Origin: an uncultured delta proteobacterium
Lineage (GTDB): Bacteria; Desulfobacterota; Binatia; UBA9968
Direction of reading: 5' to 3'
Assembly (NCBI GenBank): GCA_963745835.1
Contig: CAVUZH010000022.1
Span: forward strand, 352,001-416,000
DNA length: 64,000 nt
Part shown: in pieces, positions 29,920 to 42,376 of the stretch
Numbering within the stretch: the stretch's first letter is position 1
Layout of the letters: every line of letters starts with the position of its first letter
Notes under the pieces: model-generated
Seen by the model: the letters and a program-made list of their open reading frames with translations, nothing else
The model's database searches: none
What the model was told of the DNA's origin: nothing
Translations under genes and position numbers: made by a program

Positions 29920-32709
29920 ATGAACAGCAAGATCCAACCGGTCTCCAATTCAGCTAATCTGGCTTATATAGAAGCGCTTTACGCCGCTTACGTTGTCGAT
30001 CCATCGTCGGTAGATCAGGAATGGCGCACCTACTTCGCCGCGCTCAACGGCGATGCTTCCGACGGCCAAACCACGCCGATGCCATCGACCAGTGAAGGCA
30101 ATGGCGTCGTCGCGCATGCAAGTGGCTCGGCAAGCAGCGTCGCGTCTCGCGCCTCTACCTTACAAGAACAAGTCAACGAGATGATCAGAGCGTTTCGCAG
30201 TCTCGGGCATAAAGCGGCCAACATCGATCCGCTTGACTTATCCAGTGATCCGCAACCTTCTCTCGATCCGGAGTTTTATGGCCTCACCGTCGATGACATG
30301 AAGCGGCTTTTTCCCGGCGTTGGGTTGCCTTGGAACGGCCCGTTGACAATCGGCGAGATTGTCGAGCGTTTGCGTCGTACTTACTGCGGCGCCATCGGTG
30401 TGGAGTTCATGCATATCGACGAGCCGGCAGTTCGAAATTGGCTGCAGCGGCGCATGGAAGAAAGCCAGAATCATCTTGAGCTGAGTCACAAGCAAAAGCT
30501 GAGGATTCTCGCACGTCTCACTGACGCGGTCACGTTCGAAGAATTCGTCAGAAAAAAATTCGTTGGCGCCAAAAGCTTTTCACTGGAGGGCGCCGAAAGC
30601 CTCATACCGTTGCTGGATTTTGCCATCAATCACGCGGCGCGTGACGGTTTGCAGGAAATCGTCCTGGCAATGGCCCACCGCGGCCGCTTGAATGTCCTCG
30701 CCAACATCATCGGTAAGAGCCCGTGGGAGATTTTTCGTGAATTCGACGATCCTCTCACGGCCGAAAGTGGCGGCGGCGATGTCAAGTACCACCTGGGCTA
30801 CAGCAATGATTACGAATTGGCCTCCGGCGAGAAAATTCATCTTTCGCTTTGTTTCAATCCCAGCCATCTGGAATTCGTCAATCCGGTCGCCGTAGGTCGC
30901 ATGCGCGCCAAGCAGGACCGCGTCGGGGATCAGCAACACGGCCGTGGCATGGCGCTGCTGATTCATGGCGACGCGGCTTTCGCCGGCGAAGGAGTGACTC
31001 AGGAAACGCTAAACCTGAGTCAGCTGGAGGGCTATAGCATCGGCGGTGTGCTGCACGTGGTGATAAACAACCAAATCGGATTCACAACATCCCCCAAAGA
31101 AGCGCGTTCAAGCCGCTACGCTACGGATGTTGCCAAGATGTTGCAGGTGCCGATTTTTCACGTCAACGGGGATGATCCCGAAGCGGTCGCGCAGGTGGTC
31201 GGCTTGGCGATGGATTTCCGGCGCACGTTTAAACGGGATGCGGTGATCGATATGTATGGCTATCGCCGCTGGGGCCACAACGAGGGCGATGAACCGACGT
31301 TTACGCAACCGAGACTCTATCAAGCGATTAAGAAGCATCGGCCGGTGCGCGATCTCTATTTGGAAAAACTGCTGCGGGAAAAAATCATCGATGCCGGTGA
31401 GGCAAACCGGTTGGTGGCGCAGCGCCGGAGCGATCTGGAGAACGAATTGGCGCGGGCACGCAGCACCAGCGCCGTTCCCACGCCGCAGAGTTTTGGCAGC
31501 TTCTGGGCCGGGTACTCCGGTGGACTGGAACCGGCAGCGGCACCGGTCCCTACTGCGGTGAAGCGAGAACGGCTCTCGGCGTTGCTTGAAGCTCTGGCGC
31601 GCATCCCTAAAGATTTTCAGCCGCATCCAAAGATCAAACGCGGAATAGAGCTGCGTCAAGAAATGGCCCGTGGAACACGGCCCATCGACTGGTCCGCCGC
31701 AGAAGCTTTGGCGTTTGCGAGTTTAGCCGTCCAAGGAATCAGGGTACGCTTGTCCGGGCAGGACAGCGCGCGCGGGACTTTCAGCCATCGTCATGCGCTG
31801 CTGCGTGATTACCACGATGGGCACGCTTATGTTCCGCTGCAGCACCTGCAGCGCGGCCAAGCTCCGGTGGAGATCATTAACAGCCCGCTTTCCGAAACCG
31901 GTGTTTTGGGTTTCGAATATGGCTACAGTCTTGATTATCCCGAGGCTCTGACTTTGTGGGAAGCGCAGTTCGGCGATTTCGTCAATGCTGCGCAAGTCAT
32001 CGTCGACCAATTCATCACCAGCGCCGAAGAAAAATGGCGCAGGCTAAGCGGCTTGGTTTTGTTGCTGCCGCATGGCTTTGAAGGGATGGGACCGGAGCAC
32101 TCGAGCGCGCGCATCGAACGGTTTCTGCAGCTTTGCTCCAAGGATAATCTCCAGGTGGTTTACCCAACAACGCCAGCGCAATACTTTCATTGCCTGCGTC
32201 GACAAGTGCTGCGCAGATGGCGTAAGCCGATGGTTATTATGACTCCCAAAAGTTTGCTGCGCCATCCCGGGGCAGTCTCCAATCTCGACGCCTTGGCTGA
32301 TGGAGAATTTGAAACCGTCATCGGCGATCTTAGCGCGCGCCAAGATTGTCAGAAAATTCTCTTGTGCAGCGGCAAAGTTTATTATGATCTGGAGAAAAAG
32401 CGCGCCGAGATGAACCGCGATGACGTCGCCATTGTGCGCATCGAGCAGTTTTATCCAGTTCCGGAAGAGCGGCTGCGGGCGGTTCTGGAAGGCTATGCCG
32501 CTGGCACGCCGATAGTGTGGATTCAAGAAGAACCTCGCAACATGGGCGCCGCATGCTTTTGGCACCTTCAGCTCGGCAACAAGCTTTTCGATCGATTTCC
32601 GTTTTCGGTGGTCGCACGCGCTGCTTCCGCCAGCCCGGCAACCGGCTCGGCAAGCCGGCATCATCAGCAACAAACCGAGCTGCTGGCCGCCGCTTTCGGA
32701 AACCAGTAG
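29920..32709 (+). CDS. sucA: 2-oxoglutarate dehydrogenase E1
   Basis: [58 protein letters not shown] and GPEHSSAR. Confidence 0.97.
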   Translation: MNSKIQPVSNSANLAYIEALYAAYVVDPSSVDQEWRTYFAALNGDASDGQTTPMPSTSEGNGVVAHASGSASSVASRASTLQEQVNEMIRAFRSLGHKAANIDPLDLSSDPQPSLDPEFYGLTVDDMKRLFPGVGLPWNGPLTIGEIVERLRRTYCGAIGVEFMHIDEPAVRNWLQRRMEESQNHLELSHKQKLRILARLTDAVTFEEFVRKKFVGAKSFSLEGAESLIPLLDFAINHAARDGLQEIVLAMAHRGRLNVLANIIGKSPWEIFREFDDPLTAESGGGDVKYHLGYSNDYELASGEKIHLSLCFNPSHLEFVNPVAVGRMRAKQDRVGDQQHGRGMALLIHGDAAFAGEGVTQETLNLSQLEGYSIGGVLHVVINNQIGFTTSPKEARSSRYATDVAKMLQVPIFHVNGDDPEAVAQVVGLAMDFRRTFKRDAVIDMYGYRRWGHNEGDEPTFTQPRLYQAIKKHRPVRDLYLEKLLREKIIDAGEANRLVAQRRSDLENELARARSTSAVPTPQSFGSFWAGYSGGLEPAAAPVPTAVKRERLSALLEALARIPKDFQPHPKIKRGIELRQEMARGTRPIDWSAAEALAFASLAVQGIRVRLSGQDSARGTFSHRHALLRDYHDGHAYVPLQHLQRGQAPVEIINSPLSETGVLGFEYGYSLDYPEALTLWEAQFGDFVNAAQVIVDQFITSAEEKWRRLSGLVLLLPHGFEGMGPEHSSARIERFLQLCSKDNLQVVYPTTPAQYFHCLRRQVLRRWRKPMVIMTPKSLLRHPGAVSNLDALADGEFETVIGDLSARQDCQKILLCSGKVYYDLEKKRAEMNRDDVAIVRIEQFYPVPEERLRAVLEGYAAGTPIVWIQEEPRNMGAACFWHLQLGNKLFDRFPFSVVARAASASPATGSASRHHQQQTELLAAAFGNQ

Positions 32710-32762
32710 CGAGCGCTAGTTTTAATGCTGTTTACGACCCGGTCAATTCCATAAGGTGGGCA

Positions 32763-34053
32763 ATGACCATTGAGGTTAAGGTTCCCGAGGTCGGCGAATC
32801 AATCACCGAGGTTGAAATTGGTGATTGGCTCAAAGCCGTCGGCGACTCGGTTCAGCAGGATGAGGATCTTGTCGTCATCGAAACCGATAAGGCAACGGTT
32901 GAAATTCTCGCGCCGCAAGCAGGCAGGCTTAGCAAAATTTTAAAAGCCAGCGGAGAAACAGCGCAGGTCGGTGAAGTTATCGGCCATCTGGACCAGGCTG
33001 AAGATACAAGCGCCGATGGAGCTGGAGAAAATCAGACCCGCGTCGCTGAGTCGCCGGAGGCTAAAAAGCCAAAGGGCCGCCGTCCTAAGGTCACCAAGCA
33101 GGAACAATCCATCAACGCCCGCGAATCTGATTCCGACGATTTGCCGGAGGCCCAGGCCGCCTCTACGGAATCCGCCGCAGGCCCCATCGAGTCACCGCCG
33201 CAACAAAACCAAATGAATGCCGCGGCGCGATCCAGCGAAGCCGCCGCAATCGAGATAGAGGCAAGGCCATCACTTCCCGATCTCGAGCCGCCATCAGAGA
33301 CGGCGCCGGAGAAGAGTTCAGAATCATTGGTGGCCGGCGCTACCCGGGGCGAGCGCCAGGAAAAACTCGTGCCGATGAGCCCGCTACGCCGCCGACTGGC
33401 CGAAAGGCTAGTCCAGGCACAGCAAACTGCGGCGCTGTTGACGACTTTTAATGAGATCGACATGTCCGCGGTCAATCAGCTGCGGCAAATCCATCAAGAT
33501 GCTTTCAAGGAAAAATACAACGTCAGACTCGGCTTGATGTCTTTTTTTGTCAGAGCGGCAATCGAAGCGCTCAAGCTTATTCCGGAAGTCAACGCGGAGA
33601 TACGCGACGGTAGTATCGTGTACCGGAACTATTTCGACATCGGCGTAGCTGTGGGCGGCGGGCGCGGGCTGGTCGTGCCGGTGCTGCGCGATGCCCAAAG
33701 CATGAGCTTTGCGGCAATCGAAATCGCCATCGGCGACTTTGCCCGCCGCGCCCGGGAGAACAAGTTGAAGCCGGACGAATTGCAAGGCGGGACTTTTACG
33801 ATCACTAACGGCGGCGTTTACGGATCGCTGCTGTCAACGCCGATCATCAATCCGCCGCAGAGCGCTATCTTGGGAATGCACGCGATGCAGGAGCGGCCGG
33901 TGGCGCATGACGGCGCTGTCGTAATCCGGCCGATGATGTATGTGGCGTTGAGCTATGATCATCGCCTCATCGACGGGCGCGAGGCGGTCACGTTTTTAAA
34001 ACAGATAAAAATAGCGCGTCGAGGAGCCGGTGCGAATGTTACTCGAACTTTAA
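32763..34053 (+). CDS. sucB: Dihydrolipoamide succinyltransferase E2, apparent frameshift in last about 15 codons
   Basis: Lipoyl domain [17 protein letters not shown] and catalytic YDHRLIDG. The conserved end [11 protein letters not shown] (TAA 34051-34053) lies in another frame after about 34010. Confidence 0.93.
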
Positions 34054-34069
34054 TCAACGAGGATCAGAA

Positions 34070-34495
34070 ATGGCTGACTTACAAACCGCAGAAATACTCC
34101 AGCGGCTGGCAAAACTCGAGCAGCAGAATTTTCGTTATCGCCTCGCCAGTGTCGGCCTCGCCGTCCTGATTTTGGCCGCCTTCCTTTTGGGTCAAAGCAA
34201 GCCCAACGTGGCAAGCGCCGTCGAAGCGCAAAGTTTCGTTTTGCGAGACAAGAGCGGCAACCTGCGCGGCACCCTTGCCATGGACAGCAAGACGGAAGCA
34301 TCGACTCTGGTTTTGGCGGATCAGAGCCGCAAGATTCGCGCTGAATTCAAAGTGGCCAACGATGGCAACGCCGGCATTGCGTTCGGCGATGCCAATGGAA
34401 AACCGCGGCTGATTGTGCGTTTGAAGGACGCCGGTTCGCCGGACATGGGATTGGGTCGACAGCCAAGGCAATCTGCGCATGGGCATCGGGCTTGA
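34070..34495 (+). CDS. Hypothetical membrane-anchored protein, may extend to about 34580 through a frameshift
   Basis: GAGGA RBS, N-terminal coiled coil + TM helix, repeated beta motifs [11 protein letters not shown] / [10 protein letters not shown] / FGDANGKPR. Coding-like sequence continues in other frames. Confidence 0.6.
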   Translation: MADLQTAEILQRLAKLEQQNFRYRLASVGLAVLILAAFLLGQSKPNVASAVEAQSFVLRDKSGNLRGTLAMDSKTEASTLVLADQSRKIRAEFKVANDGNAGIAFGDANGKPRLIVRLKDAGSPDMGLGRQPRQSAHGHRA

Positions 34496-34593
34496 TCCTG
34501 ACGAGCTTCCCGCGATCGTTATGTACGAGACGACGAAAAGCGCAACATCGTCTGGCAGCGCAACCGGGCGCAAACCTTAATCACAGCGGGTGA

Positions 34594-35250
34594 ATGGCTC
34601 AAATATTTCATCCCAGCACCAACACGGTTTCCAAGTTAACTATTTTTGGCGCCGTGTTTCTGATCGGCGGGCTCCTATGGCTACTCGCCGAGCTGAACCG
34701 GTCGTCTTATGTCACTCAGGCAAACGTGGTGCGCCCGCAACCAGTCCCGTTCAGCCACAAGCATCATGTCAGCGGGCTCGGCATCGATTGCCGATATTGC
34801 CACACCGCAGTGGAGCAAAGCGCATTCGCCGGTATTCCGTCAACGTCAACCTGCATGAATTGCCATTCGCAGATTTGGACCAACAGTCCGATGCTCGAAC
34901 CGGTGCGCGAAAGTTACCGCACCGGTCAACCCCTGCGCTGGACCCGGGTTCACAACCTGGCGGAGTTTGCCTATTTCAATCACAGCATCCATGTGAACAA
35001 GGGCGTCGGCTGCGCGACTTGTCATGGCGCGGTCGATCAGATGCCGCTGGTTGCCCAAGAAAAATCGCTGCTGATGGAATGGTGCCTGGATTGTCATCGC
35101 AATCCCGAGCAGTACCTCCGCCCCCGCGAGGAAGTCTTCAATATGTCCTGGACTGCGCCGGCGAACCAGTCGGAGCTCGGCATGGAGCTGGTTCGGAAGT
35201 ACAACGTTCGCACTGAACAGCTAACCGACTGCTCGGTTTGCCATAGATGA
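34594..35250 (+). CDS. actA: Alternative complex III pentaheme cytochrome c subunit
   Basis: MAQIF start, TM helix, QPVPFSHKHH and five CxxCH (CRYCH, CMNCH, CATCH, CLDCH, CSVCH). Confidence 0.93.
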   Translation: MAQIFHPSTNTVSKLTIFGAVFLIGGLLWLLAELNRSSYVTQANVVRPQPVPFSHKHHVSGLGIDCRYCHTAVEQSAFAGIPSTSTCMNCHSQIWTNSPMLEPVRESYRTGQPLRWTRVHNLAEFAYFNHSIHVNKGVGCATCHGAVDQMPLVAQEKSLLMEWCLDCHRNPEQYLRPREEVFNMSWTAPANQSELGMELVRKYNVRTEQLTDCSVCHR

Positions 35251-35260
35251 GGATGACCAG

Positions 35261-38200
35261 GTGAGCCAACTCGGAAACACGAATCAAGTCGCCGCGGAAT
35301 GGCGCCAGCGGCTGTCCGGCTTGCAGGGTCGGCGTTACTGGCGCAGCTTGGAAGAGCTGGCGCAGAGCGATGAATTCGAGCGAATTGTCGAAGGAGAATT
35401 TCCCGGCGCTGCTTCATTGTTGAGCAATGGACTGAGCCGGCGCGAGTTTTTACGGATCATGGGCGCTTCACTCGCCCTGGCCGGTCTGGGCGCATGCGCT
35501 GAGCGGCCCACCGAGCAAATCGTGCCCTACGTTCATCCTCCCGAGGAGCGCACCACCGGCGAAACTTTCGATTACGCCAGCGCATTCACACTGGCAGGAG
35601 TTGCAACCGGGATTCTGGTCAAGAGCTATGAAGGCAGGCCGATCAAGATTGAAGGCAACCCGCAGCATCCGGCGAGTTTGGGTGGCACCAACCCATTCAT
35701 CCAAGCATCGATTCTAAGTCTTTACGATCCGGAACGTTCGCAAGTCGTGCGCCACTCGAGCGGTATCACCACCTGGGAGGACTTCCTTCGGACGGCGCGC
35801 ACGCGGCTTGATTCCCTGCGCCCGGCAGGAGGAGCGGGGCTGCGATTGCTCACAGGCACCGTGACCTCGCCGACGTTGGGAGAACAGATCAGGACTCTGT
35901 TAAAGCAATTGCCGCAGGCAAAGTGGCATGCCTACGAACCGGTGTCGCGCGATAACACTCGCGCAGGCGCGCGGATCGCTCTGGGACAGGAAGCCGAGAG
36001 CCTTTACCGTTTCGATGGCGCCGATGTAATTCTCTCGCTGGATTGCGATTTTCTCTTCAGCGAGCCCGGCTCACTTCGCTATGCGCGTGATTTCTCCAAT
36101 CGCAGAAAAGTGCGCGGCGACCAGGCGGAAATAAACCGGCTCTATGTCGCCGAACCGACGCCGTCGATCACCGGGTCAATCGCGGATCATCGCCTCGCCA
36201 TAGCCGCGGGCCGGATCGGATCATTGGCGCAGGCAGTGGCAGGCCGCCTAGGCGCCAAACAGTCCGGCGCCGAAGATGCTCAAGAACTTGCGCCGTACAA
36301 AGCCTGGATCGACACGGTTGCCGCAGATCTGCAACAGCATCGCGGCTCGAGCCTGGTTATTGCCGGTGAATTTCAGCCGCCCCGGGTGCACGCTCTAGCC
36401 CATTCGATGAACCAGCTGCTTGGCAACGTCGGGACCACGGTGGTTTATGCCGAGCCTGCCGAGGAGTCAGTAGCCGCCGGCGCAAGCTCCCTCCAAGAGC
36501 TCGCGCGCGATATGGCGCAAGGCGCTGTCGAAGCGCTGTTCATCATCGGAACTAACCCAGTTTACAGCGCACCGGCCGATCTGCGTTTCGCCGAGGCGCT
36601 GCCTAAAGTTCGGTTCCGCGCGCATTTCGGCGAATATGAAGATGAGACCTCGGCGCTATGCCAATGGCATGTTCCGCAAGCTCATTTCCTGGAGACCTGG
36701 GGCGATGCCCGAAGCTTCGACGGCATCGTAACTATTCAGCAGCCGTTGATCGCGCCGCTCTATGGCGGCAAATCGCCGCATGAGTTGCTCGCGGCGCTTA
36801 ACGGTAGCGCGGAGAGATCCGCTCATGACATCGTGCGCCGATTCTGGCGCAGCCGCATCGGCGGTGCCGATTTTGACGGATGGTGGCGACGCGCTTTGCA
36901 TGACGGGTTTATCCCCGATAGCGGCGCAAGGCGAAGGACTGCCGCCGTTCGCGCGCAAACTGCGGCGCCGTCGAGGCCGGACGCTCCTGCGGCAAATGCG
37001 GCGGAAGGTTTGGAGCTGGTATTTCGGCCCGATCCGACGATTTGGGATGGCCGCTTCGCTAACAACGCTTGGCTCCAGGAATTGCCGAAACCTTTGAGCA
37101 AGATGACCTGGGACAATGCGGCATTGATCAGTCCGCGCACGGCGCAACGACTGACATTGCACAATGGCGACGTTGTCGAACTCCGCTTGGGTGATTCTGC
37201 GATCGCCGCGCCGGTTTGGATCAGCCCCGGCCAAGCTGATGAGTCGGTTACGGTGCATCTGGGCTATGGCCGGACCCGCGCCGGCAAGGTGGGCAGCGCA
37301 CTCGGCTTCAACGCTTATCCTCTGCGTACCACCGGCCAGCCGTGGTTTGCCAGCGGCCTGCAGATTAGCAAAACCGGCAGACGCCATGAGCTTGTCACCA
37401 CACAGGGCCATCATACGATGGTAGGACGGCCCCTGGTTCGCAGCGGCACCTTGGAAGAGTTCCGTCAGCATCCGGAGTTCGTCCATGAGATGGCCCATGA
37501 ACCGCCGGCCGACTTGTCGCTCTATCCTCAACACAAGTTCGAAGGCAGCGCTTGGGCGATGGTGATTGATACCAGTGTATGCATCGGCTGCAACGCCTGC
37601 GTCGTCGCCTGCCAAGCGGAAAACAACATTCCGGTGGTCGGCAAAGCGGAAGTTGCCAGAGGCCGCGAGATGCTTTGGTTGAGAGTCGATCGTTACTACG
37701 AGGGGCCGGCGGAAAACCCTGACGTTTTGTTCCAGCCGGTGCCGTGCATGCATTGCGAGAACGCGCCGTGCGAACCGGTTTGTCCGGTGGGCGCCACAGC
37801 GCACAGCACCGAGGGTTTAAACGACATGGTTTACAACCGCTGCGTCGGCACTCGCTATTGTTCCAACAACTGTCCTTATAAAGTTAGGCGCTTCAATTTC
37901 TATCAGTATGCCGATTTCCGAACCGAAGTGCGCAAGCTGGGTTACAACCCCGACGTCACGGTCAGAAGCCGGGGTGTTATGGAAAAATGTACGTATTGCG
38001 TGCAGCGGATCAACCATGGACGCATCGAAGCAAAAAAGGAAAATCGACCGATACGCGACGGCGAAGTCATCACCGCCTGCGCGCAGGCTTGTCCAACCGA
38101 AGCGATCATCTTCGGCGATATGAGCGATGCCGACGCCGCGGTGTCAAAGCTGAAGAAGGATCCGCTCAACTATGCAATGCTGGCCGAGCTTAACACCCGG

Positions 38201-38266
38201 CCGCGAACAACGTATCTGGCCCGGCTTAAAAATCCTAATCCCGACCTGGGAGCTAAGAAAAAGTGA
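35261..38266 (+). CDS. actB: Alternative complex III subunit B (molybdopterin-oxidoreductase-like + Fe-S domain)
   Basis: YWRSLEEL, Tat motif [52 protein letters not shown] and CTYC..CAQAC. Confidence 0.95.
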   Translation: MSQLGNTNQVAAEWRQRLSGLQGRRYWRSLEELAQSDEFERIVEGEFPGAASLLSNGLSRREFLRIMGASLALAGLGACAERPTEQIVPYVHPPEERTTGETFDYASAFTLAGVATGILVKSYEGRPIKIEGNPQHPASLGGTNPFIQASILSLYDPERSQVVRHSSGITTWEDFLRTARTRLDSLRPAGGAGLRLLTGTVTSPTLGEQIRTLLKQLPQAKWHAYEPVSRDNTRAGARIALGQEAESLYRFDGADVILSLDCDFLFSEPGSLRYARDFSNRRKVRGDQAEINRLYVAEPTPSITGSIADHRLAIAAGRIGSLAQAVAGRLGAKQSGAEDAQELAPYKAWIDTVAADLQQHRGSSLVIAGEFQPPRVHALAHSMNQLLGNVGTTVVYAEPAEESVAAGASSLQELARDMAQGAVEALFIIGTNPVYSAPADLRFAEALPKVRFRAHFGEYEDETSALCQWHVPQAHFLETWGDARSFDGIVTIQQPLIAPLYGGKSPHELLAALNGSAERSAHDIVRRFWRSRIGGADFDGWWRRALHDGFIPDSGARRRTAAVRAQTAAPSRPDAPAANAAEGLELVFRPDPTIWDGRFANNAWLQELPKPLSKMTWDNAALISPRTAQRLTLHNGDVVELRLGDSAIAAPVWISPGQADESVTVHLGYGRTRAGKVGSALGFNAYPLRTTGQPWFASGLQISKTGRRHELVTTQGHHTMVGRPLVRSGTLEEFRQHPEFVHEMAHEPPADLSLYPQHKFEGSAWAMVIDTSVCIGCNACVVACQAENNIPVVGKAEVARGREMLWLRVDRYYEGPAENPDVLFQPVPCMHCENAPCEPVCPVGATAHSTEGLNDMVYNRCVGTRYCSNNCPYKVRRFNFYQYADFRTEVRKLGYNPDVTVRSRGVMEKCTYCVQRINHGRIEAKKENRPIRDGEVITACAQACPTEAIIFGDMSDADAAVSKLKKDPLNYAMLAELNTRPRTTYLARLKNPNPDLGAKKK

Positions 38267-39642
38267 CCGAACCCGCAGCAGCCGACACCAGAACACGCGA
38301 CAGTCGCTACGATGTGATCGGGCCTGGTCATACTTCCGGTTCGATTACCGACAAAATCAGCGAGATCGTTCTGACCCGCAAAACACCCAAGGGTTGGTGG
38401 ATTGGTTTCGGCATTTCGTTTCTTTTAATGAATCTCCTGTTTGTCGCAGTCGCCCATCTGTTGATTACCGGCATCGGCATCTGGGGCGTCAATGTCCCGG
38501 TGGCATGGGGCTTTGCGATCATTAATTTCGTCTGGTGGATTGGTATCGGCCATGCGGGGACCTTGATCTCGGCGATCCTGCTGCTGCTGCGCCAGCGCTG
38601 GCGCACTTCGATTAACCGTTTCGCCGAAGCGATGACGCTTTTCGCCGTGGCGTGCGCGGGTCTCTATCCGATTCTCCATCTGGGTCGTCCGGGATTTGCC
38701 TACTGGTTGTTTCCTTATCCCAACACGATGGGCGTTTGGCCGCAGTTTCGCAGCCCGCTGGTGTGGGATGTTTTTGCGGTATCAACCTACGCCACCGTTT
38801 CTTTCCTGTTCTGGTACATCGGCCTAATTCCGGATATGGCGACCTTGCGCGATCGCGCTCGGCACCGCTTTGCGCGAATGGCTTACGGCATGTTGGCCAT
38901 GGGCTGGCGCGGCTCGGCGGTGCATTGGTATCGCTATGAGACCGCTTACCTGCTGCTCGCCGGGTTGGCAACGCCGCTAGTAATTTCGGTCCACAGCATC
39001 GTCAGCTTGGATTTCGCCGTGAGCGTGTTGCCGGGCTGGCATTCGACGATTTTCCCCCCTTATTTCGTTGCTGGGGCGATCTACGCCGGCTTCGCCATGG
39101 TGCTGACCCTGGCAATTCCGTTGCGCGCTGCCTACCGGCTCGAGGACCTAATCACCATGCACCACCTCGACAACATGGCCAAGGTGATGCTGACGACAGG
39201 GCTGTTTGTCTTTTACGGCTATGTCATGGAGGCGTTCTTTGCCTGGTACAGCGCCAACCCAAACGAGGCCTACATGATGTCCAATCGCGCCACCGGACCG
39301 TATGCGCCTTACTATTGGCTCCTGCTGATTTGCAATGGCGTGGTGCCGCAACTCCTATGGTCGCCGCGGCTGCGCGCATCGGTGCCGCTGCTTTTTGTGA
39401 TCTCTCTGGTGGTCAGCCTGGGTATGTGGCTTGAACGCTACATCATCGTTGTCACCAGCCTTCATCGCGATTTTCTGCCTTCGTCCTGGGGCATGTATTC
39501 GGGGACCATCTGGGATTGGGCAACGTTTATAGGCACTCTGGGTCTTTTTCTTTCCTTGCTTTTTCTTTTTATCAGGGTGCTGCCGATGATCTCAATTTTC
39601 GAGATGCGGGAATTGGTGCATGAGGAACGGGAGGAGAGCTGA
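38263..39642 (+). CDS. actC: Alternative complex III quinol-binding NrfD/PsrC subunit
   Basis: [39 protein letters not shown] and [11 protein letters not shown]. Confidence 0.95.
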   Translation: MTEPAAADTRTRDSRYDVIGPGHTSGSITDKISEIVLTRKTPKGWWIGFGISFLLMNLLFVAVAHLLITGIGIWGVNVPVAWGFAIINFVWWIGIGHAGTLISAILLLLRQRWRTSINRFAEAMTLFAVACAGLYPILHLGRPGFAYWLFPYPNTMGVWPQFRSPLVWDVFAVSTYATVSFLFWYIGLIPDMATLRDRARHRFARMAYGMLAMGWRGSAVHWYRYETAYLLLAGLATPLVISVHSIVSLDFAVSVLPGWHSTIFPPYFVAGAIYAGFAMVLTLAIPLRAAYRLEDLITMHHLDNMAKVMLTTGLFVFYGYVMEAFFAWYSANPNEAYMMSNRATGPYAPYYWLLLICNGVVPQLLWSPRLRASVPLLFVISLVVSLGMWLERYIIVVTSLHRDFLPSSWGMYSGTIWDWATFIGTLGLFLSLLFLFIRVLPMISIFEMRELVHEEREES

Positions 39643-40182
39643 GTGAAACAGCAGCCGCTCATTTACGGCGTGATGGCCGAATTTGATAGTCCGGAAATGC
39701 TCTGTGCCGGCGCCGAGCGCGCCCATGCCGCCGGCTACCGACGGATGGATGCGTACAGCCCGTTTCCAATCGAGGGATTAGCCGAACTGATCGGCTTTAA
39801 ACGCACACAGCTACCGTTGATCGTGCTGATCGGCGGCATCCTCGGCGGCATCGGCGGTTTCTACCTGCAGTATTGGACATCGGTGATCGACTATCCGCTG
39901 ATTGTCGGGGGCAAGCCGTATAACAGCTGGCCCGCCTTTATTCCGGTCACTTTCGAGACGACTATACTGGGCGCTGCCCTGGCCGCGGTCTTGGGCATGC
40001 TCGGATTAAACGGGTTGCCGATGCCGTATCATCCGGTATTCAACGTCGAGCGCTTCGCGCTGGCGAGTCGCGATCGTTTTTTCCTATGCATCGAGGCGGC
40101 AGACCCGAAGTTCGATATCGATAACACTGTCGAATTTTTGCGCAGCTTAAACCCGAGCTCGATTCATGAAGTGGAACCATGA
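39643..40182 (+). CDS. actD: Alternative complex III subunit D (DUF3341)
   Basis: DAYSPFPIEG, YPLIVGGKP, PAFIPVTFE and SRDRFFL. Confidence 0.92.
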   Translation: MKQQPLIYGVMAEFDSPEMLCAGAERAHAAGYRRMDAYSPFPIEGLAELIGFKRTQLPLIVLIGGILGGIGGFYLQYWTSVIDYPLIVGGKPYNSWPAFIPVTFETTILGAALAAVLGMLGLNGLPMPYHPVFNVERFALASRDRFFLCIEAADPKFDIDNTVEFLRSLNPSSIHEVEP

Positions 40183-40218
40183 CGAATTGAACCGAGTAAG
40201 GCGTTCAGCGCTCAATCG

Positions 40219-40806
40219 TTGATTATGTTGAAACTGTTCCAAAAGTTGATGATGCTTACCTCTGTGGCGATATTCGCCATCGCCGGTTGCCGCCAGCAAA
40301 TGGCGGATCAGCCGCACCAGCGACCATTAGAGCCAAGCACCTTTTTTGATGACGGCATGGCTTCACGCCCGGTCGAGCCGGGCACAGTGGCGCGCGCCGG
40401 GAGAGAGCAGAACGGCCCGCGTTTCAATAGCAAAGTCGACGGCAAGCTGGTCGATACTTTCCCACTCGAGGTGACCATGGAAGTGCTGGCGCGTGGTCAG
40501 GAACGCTATGAAATCTTTTGCTCGCCGTGTCACGATCGGCTTGGCACCGGCCAGGGAATGATCGTCCGGCGCGGTTTTACGCCGGCGCGATCGTTTCACG
40601 ACCCCAGGCTGCGCGATGCGCCGGCAGGCCATTTCTTCGAGGTGATGACGCAGGGTTTTGGCCAGATGCCTTCTTATGCAAATCAGCTTTCCGAGCATGA
40701 TCGCTGGGCTGTCATTGCATACATTCGAGCCCTTCAGTTCAGTCGAAATGTGCGACTGGATCAGTTGCCGCCGGAGGATCGCGCCAAGATGAAAGCCACC
40801 CAATGA
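40219..40806 (+). CDS. actE: Alternative complex III monoheme cytochrome c lipoprotein
   Basis: Lipobox IAGC-RQQM, CSPCH, GFGQMPSY and DRWAVIAYIRALQ. Confidence 0.92.
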   Translation: MIMLKLFQKLMMLTSVAIFAIAGCRQQMADQPHQRPLEPSTFFDDGMASRPVEPGTVARAGREQNGPRFNSKVDGKLVDTFPLEVTMEVLARGQERYEIFCSPCHDRLGTGQGMIVRRGFTPARSFHDPRLRDAPAGHFFEVMTQGFGQMPSYANQLSEHDRWAVIAYIRALQFSRNVRLDQLPPEDRAKMKATQ

Positions 40807-41975
40807 CCAACTCTGCCGCAAACAGCGACGGGACAACCGCAGGCGTGGCGCGCCTGGCTTTTATCGCCGGGGGCGTCGGCGCGGCTATCTCTGCCATCGG
40901 CGGCTTCTTCGATAGCGCGCAATTTTTTCGCTCGTACATCGTCGCTTATATTTTTTGGTTGGCGATTCCGCTGGGCTCTTTGGCCTTTCTGATGCTGCAC
41001 TTTCTCGTCGGCGGCAAATGGGGCGTGATGATCCGGCGCCTGCTCGAGTCGGCAACCCGCACTTTGCCGCTAATAGCGCTGCTGTTCGTCCCGCTCCTGT
41101 TCGGACTTCAAGCGGTTTATCCTTGGGCGACGCCCGGGCATATCGCCGAAGACGAAATTCTGCGCCAGAAATCGGCTTACCTGAATGTTCCCTTCTTTAT
41201 TGCTAGAACGATTTTGTATCTCGCCCTGTGGGGGATATTGGGCCACTTTTTAAACCGCTGGTCACGCCAACAAGATGCATCCGCGGAACTGCCCGCCGGC
41301 AAGCGCATGCGCCGCCTTAGCGGTCCGGGGTTGCTGATTTATCTTTTCACGATGAGCTTCGCATCGGTGGACTGGATCATGTCCATTGAACCGCACTGGT
41401 ATTCGACGGGATACGGCGTCATCTGGGTTATTAATCAAGGACTCGCCGCGCTGGCCTTCGCCATAGTCGGTCTGGCATGGCTTGGGGCGCGCGAACCGCT
41501 GGCAACGCGACTGCGTCCTAGCCACTTTCAAGATTTGGGCAATCTGTTACTCGCGTTCATCATGCTTTGGGCTTACATGATGTTTTCGCAATATCTGATT
41601 ATCTGGTCGGGCAACCTGGCCGAAGAAATTCCCTGGTACATTGCCCGCACCGAGGGGCTGTGGAGCTGGCTGCCGCCGCTGCTGGTGATTTTTCATTTCT
41701 TTGTGCCGCTTTTCCTGCTTCTCATGAGGGACGTTAAGCGCAACCCCAATGTCGTAGTTTGGGTGGCTGCGGGCGTGCTGGTGATGCGGCTTTTGGACAC
41801 TTACTGGATGATTGTGCCGGGCTTCGAAAACTCCGCTATCCATTGGCTGGATGCCACCCTGATGATCGGTATGGGCGGAATATGGCTCGGAGTTTTTCTC
41901 TGGCAATTGCAAAAGATGCCGTTGTTGCCGCTGCATGTAGCGCTGCTGGCGGAGGAGACAAACGCCCATGGCTGA
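40803..41975 (+). CDS. actF: Alternative complex III membrane subunit F
   Basis: Polytopic, with GKWG..IRR..E, YLNVPFF, DWIMSIEPHWYST and FSQYLIIWSGNL.EE. Confidence 0.92.
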   Translation: MTNSAANSDGTTAGVARLAFIAGGVGAAISAIGGFFDSAQFFRSYIVAYIFWLAIPLGSLAFLMLHFLVGGKWGVMIRRLLESATRTLPLIALLFVPLLFGLQAVYPWATPGHIAEDEILRQKSAYLNVPFFIARTILYLALWGILGHFLNRWSRQQDASAELPAGKRMRRLSGPGLLIYLFTMSFASVDWIMSIEPHWYSTGYGVIWVINQGLAALAFAIVGLAWLGAREPLATRLRPSHFQDLGNLLLAFIMLWAYMMFSQYLIIWSGNLAEEIPWYIARTEGLWSWLPPLLVIFHFFVPLFLLLMRDVKRNPNVVVWVAAGVLVMRLLDTYWMIVPGFENSAIHWLDATLMIGMGGIWLGVFLWQLQKMPLLPLHVALLAEETNAHG

Positions 41976-42376
41976 CGCCGACGACCTGAAGTACGAGACC
42001 GAGGATTTCAGTCCGCGTGGGGTCCGCTGGTTCACCGCCGGACTGGCAGTGCTGGCGGTGATGGTTCTTGTATTGATGGGCGCCCTGTTGTGGTTCCTCA
42101 GCGGTGGGCGGCCGCCCGGCCAAGGGAGTCGTCACTCCCAGCGTACCCGCGCCGAATATGTCGCCGGAGCCGGATCTCCAGGTGGCATCTTCCCGTGATT
42201 ATCAGGAGATGCGAGCTGCCGAAGAGGCGCAATTGCACAGTTACCGCTGGGTCGATCGAGAGGCCGGCATTGCCGCGATACCGATCGAACGTGCCATGGA
42301 AATTTTGGCCGGCCGCGGATTGCCGGCGCAAAAGTCACCGGTAAAGAGGCCGCAAAGCACACAGGAGCAACCGTGA
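41968..42376 (+). CDS. Small single-TM ACIII-associated protein (ActG-like), split by an apparent frameshift
   Basis: N-part YETED + TM helix (41968-) and C-part PEPDLQ..LHSYRWVDREAG..IPIERAM (to 42376) are in different frames, joining near 42105-42120. Confidence 0.7.

Noticed and set aside
32517-32762. N-terminal extension of the sucB ORF; similar extensions on ORFs starting at 8297, 14162, 29544, 45681, 59218, 59834 and 63315
   Set aside because: The extensions overlap neighbouring genes or lack an RBS. Internal starts with an RBS or stop-start coupling match the family N-termini.
36656-37804. 382-aa minus-strand ORF, and many similar antisense or alternate-frame ORFs in the track
   Set aside because: Entirely antisense to well-supported genes (here actB), with no motifs. 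Typical shadow ORFs of GC-rich coding DNA.
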